A stretch of DNA of 64,000 nt from Macrostomum hystrix. Taxonomy: Eukaryota; Animalia; Platyhelminthes. Shown here piece by piece: positions 58,201-64,000 of the stretch (within the stretch, counting starts at the first letter, position 1; each line of letters opens with the position of its first letter). The position numbers were made by a program, and so were the translations under genes. Location of the stretch: the NCBI GenBank assembly GCA_950097015.1, contig CATNEN010000003.1, positions 9,362,001 through 9,426,000 on the forward strand, given 5' to 3'. The notes below the pieces were generated by a model, which did not search any database, was not told the origin of the DNA, and was given only the letters and a program-made list of their open reading frames with translations.

Positions 58201-60054
58201 ATATGACAAAGCAGACTGTAGATATGAAAGATAAAGCAAATAAGACATATGAGATGACAACTGAGAATGCCTAGAAAGATCATTGCTAAACTATGTTGTT
58301 TATATCTAAAGGGCTTCTATCGGATTAGCAGCCCCATTAATCTTTAGACCGCCAGAAAGTCTGTCTACGAGAAAATACCAATCGATGTTCTACAACAATC
58401 TAGGCATAAAATGGTATTGAGCAGTGTCTAGCGACCGCGTGTTAGTTTCGCTATCCGCTAATAGTAATATAATGTGATATACTGATGTGCAGCATCTGAA
58501 TGCATCACTGAGCGCATTAATTATTTACTAGAAATATTGTACGGCAGTCATCAGTATGTTAGCATATCTAGGCAGGCTGTTTTATTCTCTTTCATTCGGG
58601 GATATTAAATTCATTTTTAGGTGGACTTCCGTATTGTTAGTTGTCATTTTTCCTATCTAACGCTTCATACTTTTCCTAATCGTAGTCTACTGCTAGCTAG
58701 CAAATGTTTATGAAATTGTGTCCGGTCAATGTAAATTGCAGGCAAAGTAGGATCTGTTACTGACTGCGCAGCTACTTGTAGGCTACTTAAGCTAACCCTC
58801 GGGAACGCACGTGACATACCTTCTACGTATGCCTCTATTAAAAGTCACTTGACCCCGGTCTAAGTGTGTCACGTGGGAGTCACTTGACCCCCTGTCTAAG
58901 CGTGTCACGTGAGAGTCACTTGACCCCCTGTCTAACGTGTCATGCGGGAGTCACTTGACCCCTCTGTCTAACGTGTCGTGTGAGGGTCACTTGACCCCGT
59001 GCCTAAGTGTGTCATGTGGGAGTCACTGGACCCCTGTCTAAGCGTGTCACGTGAGAGTCATTTGACCCCGTGTCTAACTTGTCATGTGGGAGTCATTTGA
59101 CCCCCTGTGTAACGTGTCATCAAGAAGGATTACAAATTCCCTCGTATCCTCATTTCCCAATCCTGCAGAAGCAGGAGGTGGTCCGGCTGTTGCGCGCCGC
59201 CTCGGAGAAGCACCAGACGATGTACCGGGACGCAATGACCGGCAAAGGTGTAGACAGGCACTTGTTCACCCTGTACGTGGTGTCCAAGTACTGCAAGATC
59301 CAGTCGCCATTCCTGGAGAAGGCGCTGCACTGCCAGTGGAAGCTGTCAACTTCGCAGACTCCGCACGGCCAGACGAGCAAACTGGACCTTGGACGGAATC
59401 CGGACTTTCTCAGCGCCGGCGGCGGCTTTGGTCCGGTGTCGCACGACGGCTACGGTGTGTCTTATATCATCGCCGGAGAGGACACCATCTTCTTTCACAT
59501 CAGCTGCCGCGTCAGCTCTGAGAAGACGGTAGGTTTGCTGCTTAGCTAGTTAGCTGTTTCTTGATCACCAAATCGTAGTTTTACTGTCCGAGATTATCAC
59601 CGAAGCCAAGATCCTTGACCTACATTCTAGATCCTCACCTGGATCTACATCTCAGATCCTCACCTGGATCTACATCTCAGATCCTCACCTGGATTTGCAT
59701 CCCAGATCCTCACCTGGATTTGCATCCCAGATCCTCACCTGGATTTGCATCCCAGATCCTCACCTGGATTTGCATCCCAGATTCTCACCTGGATTTGCAT
59801 CCCAGATTCTCACCTGGATTTGCATCCCAGATCCTCACCTGGATCTACATCCCAGATCCTCACCTGGACATACAGACAGAGATAAGATTACATATCCCTA
59901 CAAAGATCCCAGATCCCCACCCTAGACCTAGATCCCGGCTCCAATTATGTCAAAAGTGCTAAATTGTCTACCTGTATGATTTCAGAATTCCCGTCGATTC
60001 GGCGAGCGAATCTGTCAAGCGCTGCTAGACGTCAAGAATCTGTTTGACGATTGA
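46299..60054 (+). CDS. CPT1: Carnitine O-palmitoyltransferase 1 (copy A), 770 aa using exon 6B
   Basis: Exons 46299-46576, 47367-47721, 48203-48527, 50773-51212, 53988-54013, [6A 54206-54271 or 6B 54645-54716], 55253-55640, 59169-59528, 59986-60054; all GT-AG and in frame (2313 nt). Motifs [89 protein letters not shown] and GGGFGPV. Confidence 0.96.
46719..46925 (+). mobile_element. SINE family B copy (internally deleted)
   Basis: Head GGAGTTGTAGCCTTGTGGTTAGAGCGTCGGACTCACG, B-box and 3' end; CPT1 intron 1. Confidence 0.85.
47003..47310 (+). mobile_element. SINE family A copy
   Basis: Head with A/B boxes and body; CPT1 intron 1. Confidence 0.88.
47760..48000. repeat. Minisatellite, 20-bp unit ATGGGATTCGAATAGGTGGG
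   Basis: Direct inspection; CPT1 intron 2. Confidence 0.88.
48545..50700. repeat. Minisatellite: 23-bp GGATTCTATGATCCTTCAGGACT switching to 20-bp GGATTCTATCCTTCAGGGCT
   Basis: Direct inspection; fills almost all of CPT1 intron 3. Confidence 0.97.
51720..53860. repeat. Minisatellite, 23-bp unit GAATCCCTAGTTGAAATCCTCAA, with degenerate lead-in from ~51290
   Basis: Direct inspection; CPT1 intron 4. Confidence 0.97.
54206..54271 (+). other. CPT1 alternative exon 6A; splicing creates in-frame TGA at codon 475
   Basis: aag|A GGC GAC GCA GTC CTG ATG TCT CAC CCA GTC GAA GAG ATT GTG GAA CAT GAC TGC GTC ATC TAT GG|gtaatt. 66 nt, phase 2-2; [22 protein letters not shown] aligns with the CPT1 ADAPIVxHLWE..D....G segment. 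Confidence 0.75.
54350..54390 (+). mobile_element. SINE family B head fragment between exons 6A and 6B
   Basis: CGACTTAAAGGACGGGGGTTCGATTCCTGACTCCACT. Confidence 0.6.
54645..54716 (+). other. CPT1 alternative exon 6B (canonical, Trp-forming)
   Basis: aag|G GCC GAC GCT CCG ATT GTA...ACT GG|gtataa. 72 nt, phase 2-2; gives [15 protein letters not shown]. Confidence 0.92.
55785..56065 (+). mobile_element. Old, diverged SINE family A copy
   Basis: GCCTCTCGTGCCAAGGTCC, GGCCACATTTATTT, GAGAAGGCTT and GTACAGTATCTGTGTGCG in SINE A order. Confidence 0.65.
56580..58045. mobile_element. Cluster of unclassified non-autonomous DNA-element remnants in CPT1 intron 7
   Basis: Six dispersed CCATAGAC motifs; inverted repeat TTTGATCCTTCGGACACGCATTTA / TAAATGCGTGTCCGAAGGATCAAA (~57736-57935); possible short TIR pair at 56823 and 57246. 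Confidence 0.45.
58842..59120. repeat. Minisatellite, ~35-36-bp unit GAGTCACTTGACCCCCTGTCTAAGCGTGTCACGTG
   Basis: Eight units visible at the end of CPT1 intron 7. Confidence 0.9.
59610..59870. repeat. Minisatellite, 25-bp unit GATCCTCACCTGGATTTGCATCCCA
   Basis: Direct inspection; CPT1 intron 8. Confidence 0.92.
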
Positions 60055-60491
60055 AGCTTGTTGAAGCCTGTTCAGTGCTTAAATTGACGCTTTTGAAATC
60101 GATTGCGAATTAGTGAAGTACAATGTCCATTATATCTATATATATATTTCACTGTTACTTAATATTTTGTAATTTACATTAGTAAAAGTACTTAATTAAC
60201 AAACACAGAATTTCATTAACTTTCCACTGTAGCGAATTTAGTTCTTTTGCGTTAGTTCTCAGCGTATATAAATTGTATTGCAGTGTACACATTTATATAT
60301 TTCGGTGTAGTTTTACCGCTTTTAAACTCGAGTTAGCATGTGCAGCATGAAAGCACAGTCCCTAAAGTACATTATTCCTAAATAAACTGCTCTCTTTTCA
60401 TTTTTGGTGCATTTCTTTTTCCTTTGTCTTCGAGATTCCACCTAACACCGCCTGTGCTTAGTGTTACGGCAGTTCTGGTGAGGTGATGTGC

Positions 60492-60922
60492 AAACCAGCT
60501 AATTAGCGTATAGTAAGATTTCTTTTGGATTTTAAACCAGCCAATCAGCGAAAGGTTAGATTTTTTAAACCAGCCAATCAGCGAAAAGTTAGATTTTTTG
60601 GATTGTTAACCAGCCAATCAGCGAAAGGTTAGATTTTTTAAACCAGCCGATCAGCGAAAAGTTAGATTTTTTGGATTGTTAACCAGCCAATCAGCGAAAG
60701 GTTAGATTTTTTAAACCAGCCAATCAGCAAAAAGTTAGACTTTTTGGATTGTTAACCAGCCAATCAGCGAAAGGTTAGATTTTTTAAACCAGCCAATCAG
60801 CGAAAAGTTAGACTTTTTGGATTGTAAACCAGCCAATCAGCAAAAAAGATACTTCTTTCGTGTGAAAAAACTAGCAATCAGCGTTAAGTAAGATTTCCTT
60901 TGGATTGTAAACCAGCCCATTG
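60492..60922. repeat. Dimeric tandem repeat (alternating ~33/38-bp units) with AACCAGCCAATCAGCG
   Basis: About 12 subunits between the two CPT1 genes. Confidence 0.9.
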
Positions 60923-61870
60923 ACGGGCAAGTTAAAAAAGTGAAAATTAGTTTTTCTATCTGTAGCAGACTGTTTATCCATACAGTAGGCCTACGTCAAT
61001 GATATTTCTCGCGTGCACTCTGGGGCCCATAAAAAATAGACCGCACATTGATTGGCTATAAAGTAAATAATCAAGTGATTAGGCTTAGCTCTGATTTTCT
61101 CAATAGAAAAAAGTATTAAAATTGGCTGATTTAGGCAAATAAAGGAAGTAGTTTGTACTATGCAATGCTTGCCTGTATGTTACGTTATGTAAGATCACTT
61201 GCTTATCTATTTTTACGATATTTTATTAATTCTAATCAATATTTCTATAGTCAGCAACAAAAGACAATTAGAATGAGATAAACAATTTTTTTTGGCTACA
61301 GTTCAGTATATTAAGTCCTTTTATCATTTTTGATCGGCAATCAATGATACAGAATCCTACTTGGGAAAGCTGATAGTATTGATGATGATATGTGTGCCAG
61401 ATCGAAAATATGAATTTATATGATAACTTTGTCATCAGACGAAAAAACGCAAGTGTTGATTGCGCTGTTTGCAATTTGAGTGAACTTCTTCAATAGTAGA
61501 TATTTTCCTATCATTTTTTCGCTCATATACTAACTCGAACAGCTTGTATTTTTATTGGCTCAATTAATGATTAATTATTTATTACTTTTTGTTTAATCAA
61601 GCAAGTTTTTATTCAGTTAGTTTAGCAACAAATAGACACGTCAATTTAGTATTGTGCTGATTGTTTCTTGGATAACTTGTTTTGTTTTGCTTTACTTATA
61701 TTATTTTTTTATTACCTTTTGTAGTACAAATTATATTATAGTTTAAATAGTTGTTTAAGCGAGTGGACATTGAGAAATAAATAAATCGCTTATGCCATAA
61801 CATCTAGAAAAGTCGCGCAATAGTTGACACTATGAGATTAGGTCATTGGACTATTAGGATATATTTAGAG

Positions 61871-62412
61871 CAGGGGTTGGCAAACTTGTAAGCTAGCGGG
61901 ATAAAGAGCGAACCTAAAAGACGATAGTGGGCCGCATTGAGTGTAGAAGTGTGAGATAGGGGAGAGATAAGACAGATGAGACGCGGGAGAGATAAGAAAC
62001 ATAATAGATGAGACACATGAGCTATGAGACACGGGAGAGATAAGACAGGAGAGATGAGACACAGGAGAGATGAGACACGGGAGAGATAAGACAGGAGAGA
62101 TGAGACACAGGAGAGATGAGACACATAAGAGATGAGACACAGGAGAGATGAGACACAGGAGAGATGAGACACGGGAGAGATGAGACACGGGAGAGATAAG
62201 ACAGGAGAGATGAGACACAGGAGAGATGAGACACAGGAGAGACGAGACACGGGAGAGATGAGACAGGGAAGAGACGAGGCCGCGGAGAGATACGACAGGG
62301 GGTCGGATGAAACAGGGTACTATCGTGTTTAGGATAGTATAGGGGCAACGGGCCGGATTTAGGAGCTTCGAGGGCCGCATCTGGACCGCAGGCCGGAGTT
62401 GGCCGAGCCCTG
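61871..62412. mobile_element. hAT MITE with internal GAGAC/GAGAT array, second copy
   Basis: TIRs CAGGGGTTGGCAAACT and AGTTGGCCGAGCCCTG; degenerate TSD ATTTAGAG/ATCAAGAG; arms homologous to 8109-8735. Confidence 0.88.
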
Positions 62413-62550
62413 ATCAAGAGACTAGAAAGTTTTAGCCTCCGAAATGGAGGGGTCCTTAGTTCGAATCTCAGCAAAAAAGCTATGGTTGGAATAGAATATC
62501 GAGTAGATAATGGTTTTTTCGTATCAATCGCAGAACCCTGAGCCGAAGTC

Positions 62551-63057
62551 ATGGCCGAAGCTCATCAAGCCGTGGTGTTCGCCTTCAACATCACAGACGA
62601 AGGCATCCAGTTGGACTTTGATCACACTGTCCTACGCGAGGTGTTCGCCTCAATTGTGCGCAGCTACAAGAAAGGCATCGGCAGGCTAAAGAATCGAGTA
62701 TGGAACAGCACTTACCCCATGGGACCCAAGAGCTTCTTCTTAGCTCTGTTTGGCGGCACCAGCGCCGCTCTGCTTGGCCGGGATCCGACATTCGGTGTGG
62801 CCGACCGAATCGAACAACTCATTGGACGCATTGTGACAGTACCTGCGCCTTACAAGCGCTATTTGGCCGTGTCAGTTTTCTCCGGCTTATCCTGGCTGGC
62901 TTTCGCTAGGGTGTACAAATCCGTGCAAAGCCGGCTGTTGGCCTATCACGGCTGGATGTACGAGGTCCGCGGACCAACCTCGTGGAGCACCAAGCTGTGG
63001 TACGCCGCCTGCAAGGTGTGCCTCTGGTCGTCTGGAGCTAGCCTGTTTAGCTTCCAG
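62551..63057 (+). CDS. CPT1: Carnitine O-palmitoyltransferase 1 paralog (copy B), first coding exon; continues beyond the window
   Basis: [25 protein letters not shown]...LLAYHGWMYE...LFSFQ, donor gtgagt; acceptor cgcag 17 nt upstream of the ATG. Confidence 0.93.
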
Positions 63058-63069
63058 GTGAGTCTAGAT

Positions 63070-64000
63070 GCTCAACCTGCCACCTTGATGGAGTATAATT
63101 TTTGCTCAAACTGTGCTCAACCTACCATAACTATTGATTTAAATCTGTACTCAAACGGTGCTCAACCTTCAACTAGACCGAGTGCAATATTTACTCAAAC
63201 TATTCTCAACCAACCTTCTCGATTGAGTATAATCTTTACCCAAACTGTGCTCAACCTTTAACCTACTATCTCGATGGAGTATAATCTGTACTCAAACTCT
63301 GCTCAACCAACCATCTCGATGGAGTATGATCTGTACTCAAACTGTGCTCAAGCTACCATCTCGATTAAGTATAATCTGTACTCAAACTGTGCTCAAACTA
63401 CCATCTCGATTAAGTATAATCTGTACTCAAACTGCTCAAGCTACCATCTCGATTACGTATAATCTGTACTCAAACTGTGCCAAACCTACCATCTCGACTG
63501 AGTATAATCTGTACTCAAACTGTTCTCAGCCAACCATCTCGATGGAGTATAATCTGTACTCAAACTGTTCTCAGCCAACCATCTCGATGGAGTATAATCT
63601 GTACTCAAACTGTTCTCAGCCAGCCATCTCGATGGAGTATAATCTGTACTAAAACTTTTCTCAGCCAACCATCTCGATGGAGTATAATCTATACTTAAAC
63701 TGTGCTCAACTTTTAACTAGACCGAGTTCAATATTTACTTAAACTATTCATAACCAACCTTCTCGATGGAGTATAATCTGTACCCAAACGGTGCTCAATC
63801 TACCATCTCGATTACGTATAATATGTACTCAAACTGTGCTAAACCTACCATCTCGACTGAGTATACTCTGTTCTCATACTGTGCTCAGCCAACCATCTCG
63901 ATGTAATATAATCTGTACCCAAACTGTGCTTAACCCTCAACCTACAATCTCGATGGAGTATAATATGTACTCAAACTCTGCTCAACCAACCATCTCGATG
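63070..64000. repeat. Minisatellite, ~45-bp unit GATGGAGTATAATCTGTACTCAAACTGT(G/T)CTCAGCCAACCATCTC
   Basis: Direct inspection; first intron of CPT1 copy B, runs off the window. Confidence 0.94.

Noticed and set aside
60055-60470. SECIS element in the CPT1-A 3' UTR (ATGA at ~60347 followed by AAA)
   Set aside because: No properly spaced 3' GA quartet or helix II; the only complement (CTGTGCTT) lies ~100 nt away, past the AATAAA. Not supportable by eye; SECISearch3 is still needed.
61843-62552. Minus-strand ORFs of 135-176 aa
   Set aside because: Translations of the hAT MITE internal array.

Overview
Eukaryotic (invertebrate animal) genomic DNA with GC3-rich exons, AT-rich introns, many intron-specific minisatellites, two tRNA-headed SINE families and several MITEs. 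The overall style resembles a Macrostomum-like flatworm, which is an inference only. Genes built by hand from GT-AG junctions and frame continuity: misato/MSTO1 (minus, partial), an unknown 344-aa coiled-coil/polyproline protein ending ESAV (minus), RPL13, a class I SAM methyltransferase (minus) head-to-head with an SLC25A33/36 mitochondrial pyrimidine nucleotide carrier, a rhodopsin-class peptide GPCR, a GT32 (OCH1/SUR1-like) glycosyltransferase, a complete CPT1 and the start of a tandem CPT1 paralog. The main find is in the first CPT1. A 26-nt microexon carrying the catalytic His ends in a split codon TG, and two homologous same-phase alternative exons follow it. Exon 6B completes TGG (HSWADAP). 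Exon 6A completes an in-frame TGA (HS*GDAV), stays open and alignable for its whole length, and folds on paper into a hairpin starting 3 nt after the UGA. This is a candidate splice-assembled recoding switch (readthrough, Sec or A-to-I editing) or NMD switch next to the active site.
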